From a virus: DNA of 64,000 nt. The notes beneath the pieces were generated by a model. The model saw only the letters and a list, made by a program, of their open reading frames with translations, was not told the origin of the DNA and searched no databases. The position numbers and the translations under genes were made by a program. Shown here piece after piece: positions 18,428 through 27,951 of this stretch (within the stretch, counting starts at the first letter, position 1; each line of letters opens with the position of its first letter). The DNA lies in the IMG/VR virus record IMGVR_UViG_3300035696_000016, positions 56,591 through 120,590 of that record. One strand, 5' to 3'.

Positions 18428-18919
18428 ATGTTAGTATCAAAATTGCTTCGTATTGAGGAAAAGTTAGTTGAGCAGATAGAAGAATTAGCAAAAAAGATGT
18501 CAGAAACGGAATATACTTCGTTTTCAGCGTTGGCAAGAAAATTGATCAAAAACGGATTAAAGATGTTGCCACATAAAGGACAAAAAACTAATATAATTAG
18601 TATTCCGCGAGTTCATTATTCTGGATTAAATCCTAATGAGAATTTAAAGGATCAGGAAATGGACAATATATTGGGCGCGTTAGATTGTTATTATGATTGT
18701 ATGTTTGCAGAACACAAAAGCACCGAAAGCGATGAGGGAGAAATAAAGAAAAATCATTTAATGATTGAATGGCGATCAGACGATCATAATGGCGACCATT
18801 TTGGGGTTGGTATAACACCAATTGATTATTTAAATAATGGCGACGAGATTTATATAGGACTTCCTAATTTATATAAATTAATTGTTATTACGAAAAATGA
18901 TAATGAAGCCGGTGGCTAA
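18428..18919 (+). CDS. protein with N-terminal ribbon-helix-helix (CopG-like) domain
   Basis: LLRIEEKLVEQIEELAKK....SFSALARKLIKNGL. Confidence 0.6.
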   Translation: MLVSKLLRIEEKLVEQIEELAKKMSETEYTSFSALARKLIKNGLKMLPHKGQKTNIISIPRVHYSGLNPNENLKDQEMDNILGALDCYYDCMFAEHKSTESDEGEIKKNHLMIEWRSDDHNGDHFGVGITPIDYLNNGDEIYIGLPNLYKLIVITKNDNEAGG

Positions 18920-18939
18920 TAATCCTGCATATTTAGGAT

Positions 18940-20325
18940 ATGCCACAGCAAGGAAACAGACAAAAAGACCCTCGCCAGATGCAGTTGCGTCAGCAAAAGA
19001 AGCAATGGAGCGCTTCCGTTTCTGCGTTAATATCTAAATTGATAGAATATAAAAAGGGATTGAATGGTCGTGGTTCGGCAAAAATCGGAATTGAGCCATC
19101 AAAAATTCAAAATCCGTTGCCCGAATCAGTTTCCTCCACGCTATCCCAATTAACTGGTGAGTTCGCTAAAATTGTGCAGGATGCAGAACAAATAATTGCA
19201 GCACAACAGAATTATTCAGCCACTCGCAGGAAACGACAGCCAAAGAAGCCAAAAGTTCCACAACAAAATGTGCAAGCCCCTGCACCAACAGCAGAAGCAC
19301 CTGCGACACCAGAAGCACCAGCAGAAAATCCGCTGGCACGAATTGGTTCATTTAATGCAGAAATTGAAAAACTTGCATCAAATAAGTTAACGAGGTTTTG
19401 GCAATATCTAACTTCCGTCTTTTCACGGAAAGAATATAATCGTCATAGATTAGGAATGCTTAGTCTTTCTGCAAAATTATTTTATGATCTGCTGGATTTT
19501 GAGAATAGTATTCTCAGGACAGGTGAAAAAACTATTCCTGACACAATGAATAAGTTTCAGAATATGAAAAATACTTGTATTGCATTAAAAAAACTATTCG
19601 AGAATGTTGCTAAAACATTAGCAGATAAAGCCCAAAAAGAAGGTGTAAAACCTCCCGTGGAAGAAGCAAAGCCTGCTGCATCAGAACAAAAACCGGCAAA
19701 ACCGCAAGTAATAAATCTCGATGAAGAAGAGGAAGACGAGAGCGATCCTAATGGTATTTATATAAACCAGTTAAAGCATAACATAAATACATTGAATAAT
19801 AAGAAACAAGTTCATCCTAAAAATCTACAAGAGATTATTCATATGATAAATGAATATCAAAAAGAAAAAGATCAACACGCAAAAGATTTATGGTTTAAAC
19901 AAATTAAAGAAGAGTATAATAATTTAATGTTTTCACTGAAAAATAAAAAAGCAGATATATTCAATGATAATATGGTAAAAGTTTCTCATAATGCATTGAC
20001 AAGATTTTTACACAAGCAATTAGTAAAAGCAAAATCATATGATAAAACTGCTGCACCAAGATTACAAGCAGCAGATTTAACGACAGCGACAAAAAAGACG
20101 ATCAAAAGATTGATGGATGTTTTAGAAAAAGATCTTTCCGTTGAGGAAACGAGTAAATTGCTTGGAGAGATTGAAAATAAAATTATTGAAGTTGGAAACT
20201 TAGTTTCAATTTTGAGCGTGTTATATAAAGAAAGATTTTCTGGTGAAAATCACGAGAGTGATAAAGATCTTGATATAGCGCTTCGTAGGCGTGTGCGCAG
20301 GGACTTGCTACAAGGTATGATGTAA
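18940..20325 (+). CDS. hypothetical helical protein (putative virion/late protein)
   Basis: Internal repeat (KLASNKLTRF / KVSHNALTRF), Pro/Ala linkers, late-type motif at 18918-18931. Confidence 0.65.
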   Translation: MPQQGNRQKDPRQMQLRQQKKQWSASVSALISKLIEYKKGLNGRGSAKIGIEPSKIQNPLPESVSSTLSQLTGEFAKIVQDAEQIIAAQQNYSATRRKRQPKKPKVPQQNVQAPAPTAEAPATPEAPAENPLARIGSFNAEIEKLASNKLTRFWQYLTSVFSRKEYNRHRLGMLSLSAKLFYDLLDFENSILRTGEKTIPDTMNKFQNMKNTCIALKKLFENVAKTLADKAQKEGVKPPVEEAKPAASEQKPAKPQVINLDEEEEDESDPNGIYINQLKHNINTLNNKKQVHPKNLQEIIHMINEYQKEKDQHAKDLWFKQIKEEYNNLMFSLKNKKADIFNDNMVKVSHNALTRFLHKQLVKAKSYDKTAAPRLQAADLTTATKKTIKRLMDVLEKDLSVEETSKLLGEIENKIIEVGNLVSILSVLYKERFSGENHESDKDLDIALRRRVRRDLLQGMM

Positions 20326-20717
20326 TGGATTACATAAAAATATCAGATAAAAAGTTTCCAGTTTTACTCGCAATATCATCCGATGAGCAACAACGAGGAC
20401 TTATGCATCGTGAGCCACCGTTGCCAAATATGTGTTTTCCTTCGAGAATACCACAAATCAGAAGATTTTGGATGAAATCAGTGAAGGCGGATCTTGACAT
20501 AATATTCTGCCTTAAAAACAAAATATCTTCTATATGGAGAGGCGAAGCGGGTTCCACTGCTATGATTGGAAATGATGACCCATGCGATTTAGTAATAGAA
20601 ATGCCTTACGGCACCTGCAAATCATCAGGAATAACGGTGGGCTCCGAAATTAATTTAGAATTGTCAAAGGAAGCCGAAATGAAAATTCTTATGCTAAAAA
20701 CAGGATTAATTTTCTAA
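20325..20717 (+). CDS. DUF192 family protein
   Basis: QRGLMHR, FWMK, LDIIF, VIEMP.G. Confidence 0.85.
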   Translation: MDYIKISDKKFPVLLAISSDEQQRGLMHREPPLPNMCFPSRIPQIRRFWMKSVKADLDIIFCLKNKISSIWRGEAGSTAMIGNDDPCDLVIEMPYGTCKSSGITVGSEINLELSKEAEMKILMLKTGLIF

Positions 20718-20755
20718 CCGTTGGCACAAAATCTTCCACGATCTAAATTGATTGT

Positions 20756-21769
20756 ATGGAAGAAATAAATAAATTAAATTCGATATTAAAATCATTCAAA
20801 ATTAAAGCAGAGTGTGTAAGATATACAAAGATTAGGAATATAGCACTATACGATATGTTGCTCATGCCATTGACGCGTGTTCAGCATATTGAAAAATATG
20901 TTTCAGAGTTGGCTATCGCATTAAAACTTAAGTCTATACCAGTAATTAGATCTATTCCAGAAGAAGGGGTTGTTAGATTAGAAGCCATAGAAGAAGCACC
21001 GCACAAAATATCATTTTTCGATAAAATTGATAAATTAGGTGTTCCGTCAGATATGGATGTTCCAATGTATTTAGGTTCGAGTATTTATGGAAAGGAAATA
21101 TTTACAGACTTAAGTCGCCATCCTCATACGCTTGTGGGAGGGGCAACGGGAAGCGGTAAATCGGTATTTTTGTCAATAATTATGGCTAATGCATTGAGAT
21201 TAATAAATACAGATATTTTTGTTATTGATACCAAGCGTATAGAGTTCGAGCCATATAAATGTTTTGGTAATGTAAAGGTTGCTAATGATTTTACAGAAGC
21301 AATGGATATGGTTGAATATCTTAATAGAGAAATGGTATGTAGATATGAAATGAAAAGCCATCAGTTGGACATGCAATTTAATAATATAATTTTTATTATA
21401 GATGAGATGGCAGATATCGTTTTGAGCGATGAAGAAAAGATTTTTAGCAAGGCATTATGTGTTCTTGCTCAAAAGTGCAGAAGCGCTGGCATATATATTG
21501 TTGCAGCCACTCAAAGACCCAGTGTAGATATTGTGTCAGGATCCATCAAAGCCAATCTATCTTCGCGTATAGCGTTTCAGACTGCATCGCACATAGATAG
21601 CAAAGTAATACTCGACACAGTTGGAGCGGAAGATCTCGCCGGACAAGGAGATTGTATTATTAGAAATTACAATAATGATTTTTTGAGATTGCAAGTAGCA
21701 TATACAACGCCAGAAGAGATATGCGATCGGTATAGTAATTTTAGTTTTAATTTAATGAGGCAAAAATGA
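20756..21769 (+). CDS. FtsK/SpoIIIE-family ATPase (motor domains only)
   Basis: PHTLVGGATGSGKS, IIDEMAD, ATQRPS, IKANLSSRIAF, GAEDLAGQGD. Confidence 0.92.
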   Translation: MEEINKLNSILKSFKIKAECVRYTKIRNIALYDMLLMPLTRVQHIEKYVSELAIALKLKSIPVIRSIPEEGVVRLEAIEEAPHKISFFDKIDKLGVPSDMDVPMYLGSSIYGKEIFTDLSRHPHTLVGGATGSGKSVFLSIIMANALRLINTDIFVIDTKRIEFEPYKCFGNVKVANDFTEAMDMVEYLNREMVCRYEMKSHQLDMQFNNIIFIIDEMADIVLSDEEKIFSKALCVLAQKCRSAGIYIVAATQRPSVDIVSGSIKANLSSRIAFQTASHIDSKVILDTVGAEDLAGQGDCIIRNYNNDFLRLQVAYTTPEEICDRYSNFSFNLMRQK

Positions 21770-21954
21770 CAAATAAAAGATTAGAAAAATTAGCAGACGA
21801 ATGTTTCGATGAATTGCGTGGAATGCAAGGTCGTGCTGCCTATGATGTAATTTTACGCTATCTAACAGAAGTTAATAAAATAAATCAAAAAGAAATAGAT
21901 AGCGCGAATAGTGATATAGATAATTTACAAATCAATACAGATCGTGGTTATTAG
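21766..21954 (+). CDS. hypothetical protein
   Basis: ATGA-coupled 62-aa ORF. Confidence 0.55.
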   Translation: MTNKRLEKLADECFDELRGMQGRAAYDVILRYLTEVNKINQKEIDSANSDIDNLQINTDRGY

Positions 21955-21962
21955 GAAATAAT

Positions 21963-22745
21963 ATGGCTCGTGCTTGGAGACCCGCATACGCATGCACATA
22001 CGTGATATCCGATATATGTGGTAATGCTGCTTCGTTGGAAGTAATACTAAATCGTATCTTTCCATTGCGATTTTCCGAGGATCAGCAAGACCGTTGTATA
22101 TTTTTAGGAAATTACATCGATAAGTTTGATTATGGTTGTGATGTGATTGAATTACTAATTAGAGTAAAACAAGAATATAATAATGATAAAGTAATTTTCC
22201 TTCGAGGAAAGCACGATGAGTTAATGCTTCGGGCATTCCACGGTGGAGAGGTAGATTTTAATTTATGGATGGAGGCTAGTGGTAGAACAACAATCGCTGG
22301 ATACCTAAAAAATGCAAAATCAAAAGCATCACCATATGATATCAATAGAAATAGATTGAAAGATTTAATTCCGAATACTCACATAGAGTTTTTACAACAC
22401 ACAGATCATTATTATATTATTGATCAGTATTGTATTTTCAATAGCGGTTTTAATGTAAAACAATCTATAAAAGAAAATAACTTAAATAATTTTTGTTTTG
22501 ATACAACGAGCAGTAAATATATAAAAGATTGCATTAGAAATAAAATTGAGCCAAGTTTTATAGATCCGTATATTTTTATTGGATCAAATAACTATCAAGG
22601 AAAAGAGCCGTTCATTCATCCAAAATATATGATGCTCGGCGGAACTGACAAGATAATTATTTTAGAATTAAATAGTATGGAGATGTCAGCCATATCTAAT
22701 GGTAAATCAAGAATATATAAATATAACTATGATGTGGTAGAATAA
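21963..22745 (+). CDS. calcineurin-like metallophosphoesterase homolog with substituted metal ligands
   Basis: SDICG / LGNYIDK / LRGKHD / FNSG line up with GDIHG / LGDYIDR / LRGNHE / VHAG. Confidence 0.75.
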   Translation: MARAWRPAYACTYVISDICGNAASLEVILNRIFPLRFSEDQQDRCIFLGNYIDKFDYGCDVIELLIRVKQEYNNDKVIFLRGKHDELMLRAFHGGEVDFNLWMEASGRTTIAGYLKNAKSKASPYDINRNRLKDLIPNTHIEFLQHTDHYYIIDQYCIFNSGFNVKQSIKENNLNNFCFDTTSSKYIKDCIRNKIEPSFIDPYIFIGSNNYQGKEPFIHPKYMMLGGTDKIIILELNSMEMSAISNGKSRIYKYNYDVVE

Positions 22746-22958
22746 ATGCTGAAAACCGATCATTCTATTCATTGTATGTGCCGTAATAAAAAACTAAATT
22801 GCTACATTGCAAGCAATAGTGATATTTTTGTATGGGCATGTTTTATTAATAATAAAACTGAAATACATCTTAAGAAACAGCAGTATTCAATATCCAAATA
22901 TATAGAAGCGAACAGTCTTTCAGAAGAATATATAGAAAAATTATTATTACTGATATGA
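22746..22958 (+). CDS. small protein with C-terminal tag
   Basis: Ends EEYIEKLLLLI*. Confidence 0.7.
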   Translation: MLKTDHSIHCMCRNKKLNCYIASNSDIFVWACFINNKTEIHLKKQQYSISKYIEANSLSEEYIEKLLLLI

Positions 22959-23239
22959 AAACCATATTCGTTGCTAATTGTCCAAGATGCTTAAAACCAT
23001 TGCATAGAGCGTTTTCTAACGGTGTAGAGATACATTGTAAATGTGGGTATCTATTAAATAGTATAGATTCTAAGATAGAATGTTCCTATTATTACAGAGG
23101 ATATTTTATTTTTTCATCGGAACGAATTGGTGAAACTGCGTTTCATCCTGATGATGGTAATGATATTAAATGGATTAAAAAAGTTTTAGACCCACTAATA
23201 ACGAATGAAAAATTAGATAAGATTTTGTTGTTGATTTAG
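22955..23239 (+). CDS. zinc-ribbon protein with C-terminal tag
   Basis: CPRC..CKCG; ends NEKLDKILLLI*. Confidence 0.72.
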   Translation: MKTIFVANCPRCLKPLHRAFSNGVEIHCKCGYLLNSIDSKIECSYYYRGYFIFSSERIGETAFHPDDGNDIKWIKKVLDPLITNEKLDKILLLI

Positions 23240-23623
23240 TTTTATTAATTTTCGTGTCTCATTAGTTAGTTCGACAAATTCATCGGACAAACGTTCAAAT
23301 ACGAGCCATTTTTTATTAGTTAATTTATAGCAAGAGTAATAACTTAATTGACCAATAGTATAATAGTAATCTTTTGATGCATTATTCAAAAACTCGGGAC
23401 ACAGCGTTTCTGCCCAAAACAGCCAGTCAGCGATATTATTTAATTTTTGGAATGATTGCTGATTTTTTGCTTCCGCGTATATTAGCGTGATAGAGCCTAA
23501 CTTGGATAGGTCATCAGTGGCAGTTTTATATTTTGTGAAAATCCCGGTGATGTATGCTCGTGTCGTTGGATCACAGTCAAGATTTTCAAGTCTTTCTTCG
23601 AAGAAGGAAGATAGATTAATCAT
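23213..23623 (-). CDS. hypothetical protein
   Basis: 136-aa minus-strand ORF; CATAATTCCGCATA motif 6 nt upstream. Confidence 0.7.
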   Translation of the reverse strand: MINLSSFFEERLENLDCDPTTRAYITGIFTKYKTATDDLSKLGSITLIYAEAKNQQSFQKLNNIADWLFWAETLCPEFLNNASKDYYYTIGQLSYYSCYKLTNKKWLVFERLSDEFVELTNETRKLIKLNQQQNLI

Positions 23624-23640
23624 TAATTATATGCGGAATT

Positions 23641-23955
23641 ATGAATAGATCGTATTTAGAACCATATAGACAAAGTCATCATAAGTCTAATGAAGAGAAT
23701 TATTCTATTGGTCGATATTTATTAAATGATAAAAGTATGTTTCCCATACCGATTGCCCGTATTGCACGATCTCGTTTAACCAAATTATGGGGATGGGAAT
23801 ATCAAGATATCGACGGTAAATGCGAACCCATGTGGATTTACGATCTTCCCGATAGGATAGAAGAATTAAAAGAAAAGATGGATCGTAAGTTGATTGAATG
23901 TGGATATATTTTATTGACGCAGGAACAATGCGAGAAATTTAAGTTATTGATATGA
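23641..23955 (+). CDS. small protein, YLTPW scaffold family, C-terminal tag
   Basis: YLEPY ... GYILLTQEQCEKFKLLI*. Confidence 0.8.
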   Translation: MNRSYLEPYRQSHHKSNEENYSIGRYLLNDKSMFPIPIARIARSRLTKLWGWEYQDIDGKCEPMWIYDLPDRIEELKEKMDRKLIECGYILLTQEQCEKFKLLI

Positions 23956-24010
23956 AAAACCCTATAAAATAGGCATATTTTTGTATTTTACTGAGGTAAA
24001 ATGGAAGAAA
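23950..24010 (+). repeat. 61-bp HNH leader, dispersed repeat (other copy at 46436-46496)
   Basis: 54/61 identical by manual alignment. Confidence 0.85.
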
Positions 24011-24919
24011 AAAAGCTGATTAAATGTATAGATTGTCATCAAGAAAAAAATCAAGAAGATTTTGCTCCGTCAAATATAAAAAAAACATTTTTTCGTATGT
24101 AGAGCGTGTAAGTCAATTAGAAATAAAATTTATAATAAAGAAAACGAATATTCCGTAAAAGAATATTATAAGCAATATTATGCTGATCATAAAGATCAAG
24201 TAAAAGAATATCATCATAATTATTATGAATCTAATAGAAATATTGTTTTAGAGAAAACCAAAAAATACAATGAAGATCATGCGGAAGAGGTTAGGGTTAG
24301 AAAACGAAAATGGCGCGTGGCTAATGCTGAAAAATTGAAAATTTATGGTCATATCTATTATATAGAGAACAAAGAAAAATTAGATAAGCAAAATAAAGAA
24401 CGCGCAGATCGTAATAAAGAAGAAAAACGATTATATGATATAGAATATAGAAAAAATAATGAAGATAAAATAAGAAAAGATAAAAATGAATACGCTAAAA
24501 ATAGAAGAAATACGGATCCTATTTTTAAATGTAAGTCATATGTATCAAGACAGATTAGTAGTATGTTAAATAAACTCGGTTCATCTAAGGACGGTTATTC
24601 TTGTTGGGGAAGACTTCCATATGAACCAAAAGATTTAATGGATCATTTAGAAAAACAGTTTTCAGATCCAGAAAATTTAACACCAGATGGCAAAGTATGG
24701 ATGACACGACTTAATCGTGGCAGATATAATAAAAAAACTTGGGATGAGCAGGATCCTACTACTTGGAGATGGCACATAGATCACATAGAGCCACATTCGA
24801 GTTTCCCGTACGATAGTATGGATCATCCTAATTTTCAAAAGGCGTGGGCATTAAGTAATTTACGCCCACTTCGTGCAGATAAAAATATAGAAAAGGGTGC
24901 TAAAAGCATTAAGATATAA
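24001..24919 (+). pseudogene. HNH homing-type endonuclease split by a +1 frameshift
   Basis: MEEKKLIKCIDC... stops at 24102; CRAC and the rest (WHIDHIEP..NLRPL...N) continue in the +1 frame after A8 at 24078-24085. Confidence 0.8.
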
Positions 24920-24920
24920 A

Positions 24921-26693
24921 ATGAAATCATTGGTAATTGTGGAAAGTCCATCAAAAATTAAAAAAATAAAAGAGATATTAGGTGATGAGTATGAAATACT
25001 TGCCAGTTTTGGACATGTAAAAGATCTCGCTTCCGGAAATAAGCACGGCATAGGGATCGATATCGAAAATAATTTTCGACCTCATTACGTTTTGCTCAAA
25101 GATAAAATTGAGGTAATTGATAATATAATCAATGCTTCGTGTGAGTGTAATGAAATACTATTATGCACGGACGCAGATAGAGAGGGTGAAAAAATTAGTG
25201 CCGATGTCGCCGATATTTTAAAATCCACAGGCAAGCCAATTTTTAGGGCAGTATTTAATGAAATAACTAAGTCCGGTATAGAAAAAGGAATAAAAGAAAA
25301 GCACGCAATAGATGCTAATATGGTAAGGGCTCAGGAAGCAAGACGCGTCCTCGATCGTATCGTTGGATTTACCGTTTCACCATATCTAATGACTGCGTAT
25401 GCTAATAATCTTTCGGCGGGAAGAGTTCAATCAGTGGCAACACGCTTAATATCAGACAGAGAAGCCGAGATCGACGCATTTAAACCAGAAGAATATTGGA
25501 CTTGTGGTATAAAATTGCAAACTCAATCACGAGAGATATTTTCAGCCAAGTATGATGGCAAGATTAAAAATAAAGATCAGTCAGATAAATTAGTTTCTTT
25601 TATACAAGAAAATAAGCACTTCGTTGTATCAAAGGTTGTTTCCAAACAGGTTAAAGAGAAACCGCCAGCACCACTTATAACTTCCTCGTTGCAACAAGTA
25701 ATGGCAAAACGTGGTTGGGAACCAGAGAAATGTATGAGCGTTGCCCAAGGGTTATATGAGAACGGAGTAATTACATACATCCGTACAGATGCAACATCGA
25801 TGGCAGAAGAAGCGATTGCCGACATTAGAAAATGGATCAAAGACAATAATTACGATCTACCCAAAACCAAAAATATTCATGCAACGAAAGAAACAGCGCA
25901 GGCGGCACACGAAGCGATTCGCCCTACAAACATAAACGCATTACCCGATAGTGGCTATATGAGTGGTGATGAAAAAGAATTATATTCAGTTATATGGCAA
26001 TATGCTATTGCAAGTCAGATGACGCCAGCAATATGGAACACCTTAAACGTAAAAATCGTAAATAAAAACGATAATAAAATTGTTTTCAAGGCATCAGGAA
26101 AAGCGTTAGCAGATCATGGATATCTAAAAATATTCGGTGATGTTGATGCTGGCAAAATCGAAATACCCAATCTAATAGAAAAACAAGAATTGTTATTGGA
26201 TGATAAATCTATAAGAGCTGATCAAAAATATACACAGCCTCCGCCAAGATTTAATGATGCTTCGTTGCTAAAAGAATTAGAGCAAAAACAAATCGGAAGA
26301 CCATCGACCTTTTCAGAAATTATTAAGAAAATATCAAATAGACATTATGTTGAGAAAACTAATAATACATATAAACCGACAGAATTGGGAAAACAAATAA
26401 CTAATTGTCTATCAGAATTATTTACATTTATGGATTATAGTTTTACTTCGAAGATCGAAGAAGAGTTAGATAAGATAGCAGAAGGTAAAATAACTCATAC
26501 AGAAGTATTAAAACAGTTTTACGATATTTTTTCCAAAGAATTAGCAACAGCATATAGGAACAGGTTGGGCGATAAAGTTTTATGTAAAAAATGCAATCAA
26601 AATATGATTGAACGAGAAGGTAAGTTCGGAAAATTTAATGTATGTATAAATCCGGCGTGTAGAAGTATTGAAAATATAAAAATGGTGGCATAA
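24921..26693 (+). CDS. topA: DNA topoisomerase I (type IA)
   Basis: LVIVESPSK, TDADREGE, SAGRVQS, ITYIRTD, AHEAIRPT, IGRPST. Confidence 0.96.
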   Translation: MKSLVIVESPSKIKKIKEILGDEYEILASFGHVKDLASGNKHGIGIDIENNFRPHYVLLKDKIEVIDNIINASCECNEILLCTDADREGEKISADVADILKSTGKPIFRAVFNEITKSGIEKGIKEKHAIDANMVRAQEARRVLDRIVGFTVSPYLMTAYANNLSAGRVQSVATRLISDREAEIDAFKPEEYWTCGIKLQTQSREIFSAKYDGKIKNKDQSDKLVSFIQENKHFVVSKVVSKQVKEKPPAPLITSSLQQVMAKRGWEPEKCMSVAQGLYENGVITYIRTDATSMAEEAIADIRKWIKDNNYDLPKTKNIHATKETAQAAHEAIRPTNINALPDSGYMSGDEKELYSVIWQYAIASQMTPAIWNTLNVKIVNKNDNKIVFKASGKALADHGYLKIFGDVDAGKIEIPNLIEKQELLLDDKSIRADQKYTQPPPRFNDASLLKELEQKQIGRPSTFSEIIKKISNRHYVEKTNNTYKPTELGKQITNCLSELFTFMDYSFTSKIEEELDKIAEGKITHTEVLKQFYDIFSKELATAYRNRLGDKVLCKKCNQNMIEREGKFGKFNVCINPACRSIENIKMVA

Positions 26694-27007
26694 TGAGTGA
26701 TAAAATAATTTTAACGCCTTGGATGCGTCAGGAAGATTATTGTTATGAAAGGTTAGATTTTTTCCAAAAATATTATACTTGGAGAGGAAGAGTTAAACAA
26801 GGATATCATATAAATTACCCTAAAAAATGGAGTTGGCGTTATTGGCATGTAGCAGAAAAACATGCCGACTATTATACTACCGATGATAATCAATTATTCG
26901 ATACTCGTGAAGAGGCACAAGCATTCGTTGATCAAAAGCTAATTGAACAGGGACGGTATAAACTCTTAACAGAAGAAGAATACGAAAAACTTGCAATTTT
27001 AATTTAA
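26693..27007 (+). CDS. small protein, YLTPW scaffold family, C-terminal tag
   Basis: ILTPW ... GRYKLLTEEEYEKLAILI*. Confidence 0.8.
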   Translation: MSDKIILTPWMRQEDYCYERLDFFQKYYTWRGRVKQGYHINYPKKWSWRYWHVAEKHADYYTTDDNQLFDTREEAQAFVDQKLIEQGRYKLLTEEEYEKLAILI

Positions 27008-27053
27008 CGTGTTATATAATGACAAAGGAGCGTGTGCATACACACGTATATGA

Positions 27054-27416
27054 ATGAAGAAAACAAATAAAAAATACTCAAAAAAAGAAACATCACCTGA
27101 ATTCGACTGGGAATATCTTAAACCGCTCCAAGTCGAAGTATATGGAAATAACTTCGATCGAGCATTCAAAACATTCCGCTCGCTTGTTCAAGCAGACGGT
27201 GTTCTTGCTAAATATAAAGAAAAACAGGCGTATGAAAAGCCTTCGGTTCGTTTGCGCCGTAAGCACGCAGAAACAATGCAACGATTATATGAAGAAAAAA
27301 TCAAGGCAGAAAAAATTGCTTCCGGCGAATATGAAAAAGAAAAAATAAAGAAAGAAGCAAAGAAACAGAAACGTCGTCAGGAACGAGATGCAAAGAGGAC
27401 AGAAGATGTCGGATAA
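27054..27416 (+). CDS. rpsU: ribosomal protein bS21 with terminal extensions
   Basis: VEV..NNFDRAFKTFR..V...GVL..YKE...YEKPSVR.RRK. Confidence 0.85.
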   Translation: MKKTNKKYSKKETSPEFDWEYLKPLQVEVYGNNFDRAFKTFRSLVQADGVLAKYKEKQAYEKPSVRLRRKHAETMQRLYEEKIKAEKIASGEYEKEKIKKEAKKQKRRQERDAKRTEDVG

Positions 27417-27948
27417 AGATGATGTAATCAAAAATCCTAACAGAAACAATAACTCTCAAATACCAGTATATGAGCCAGAATGGGTTAGATTAGGTAAAAA
27501 GCCAATTCAGATTCAGATGCCAAGAAAAACCATCCCATTAGTTAAATCATCGAAAAATGATGAGAAACGTGATTTTTCATCATTAAATGGTGCCATTTTT
27601 GACGAGGAAGGAAAAGAGATAAAAGTTGAACAAGGGCATATCATTGATAATAATGATTATGTTTTTCCTCCTTCTATGACGAATAGTCATCAGGCACAAC
27701 CAAAAACACAACAAGAAGATCCAAAAAATGAACAAGAAACAGTCCAAGGTCAACCAAAAGTCGGTGAATATATATTGCTTGTATTAGGGAAAATTATTCA
27801 TACAGGATCAATAGATCAGATTGAAAGTGTTGCTAGAGCAATTTTATATGGAGAAAATGAACAATTTATTGATCAAGAAGTCAAGGTCGATGATATAGTA
27901 ATATTGAAGCGTATTGGTATTAATGTAGGTATTTTTATAGATAGGTAA
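27406..27948 (+). CDS. hypothetical protein
   Basis: GAGG SD then ATG 27406. Confidence 0.65.
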   Translation: MSDKDDVIKNPNRNNNSQIPVYEPEWVRLGKKPIQIQMPRKTIPLVKSSKNDEKRDFSSLNGAIFDEEGKEIKVEQGHIIDNNDYVFPPSMTNSHQAQPKTQQEDPKNEQETVQGQPKVGEYILLVLGKIIHTGSIDQIESVARAILYGENEQFIDQEVKVDDIVILKRIGINVGIFIDR

Positions 27949-27951
27949 TTA

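Noticed and set aside
20720-20740. Sigma54 promoter (TTGGCAC...) upstream of the FtsK-like gene
   Set aside because: The -12 GC is missing at the required GG-N10-GC spacing
6888-27007. Tag-coding ends as integron attC sites or DGR variable repeats
   Set aside because: No attC-like inverted repeats, no integrase or reverse transcriptase in the window, and differences are synonymous rather than adenine-specific
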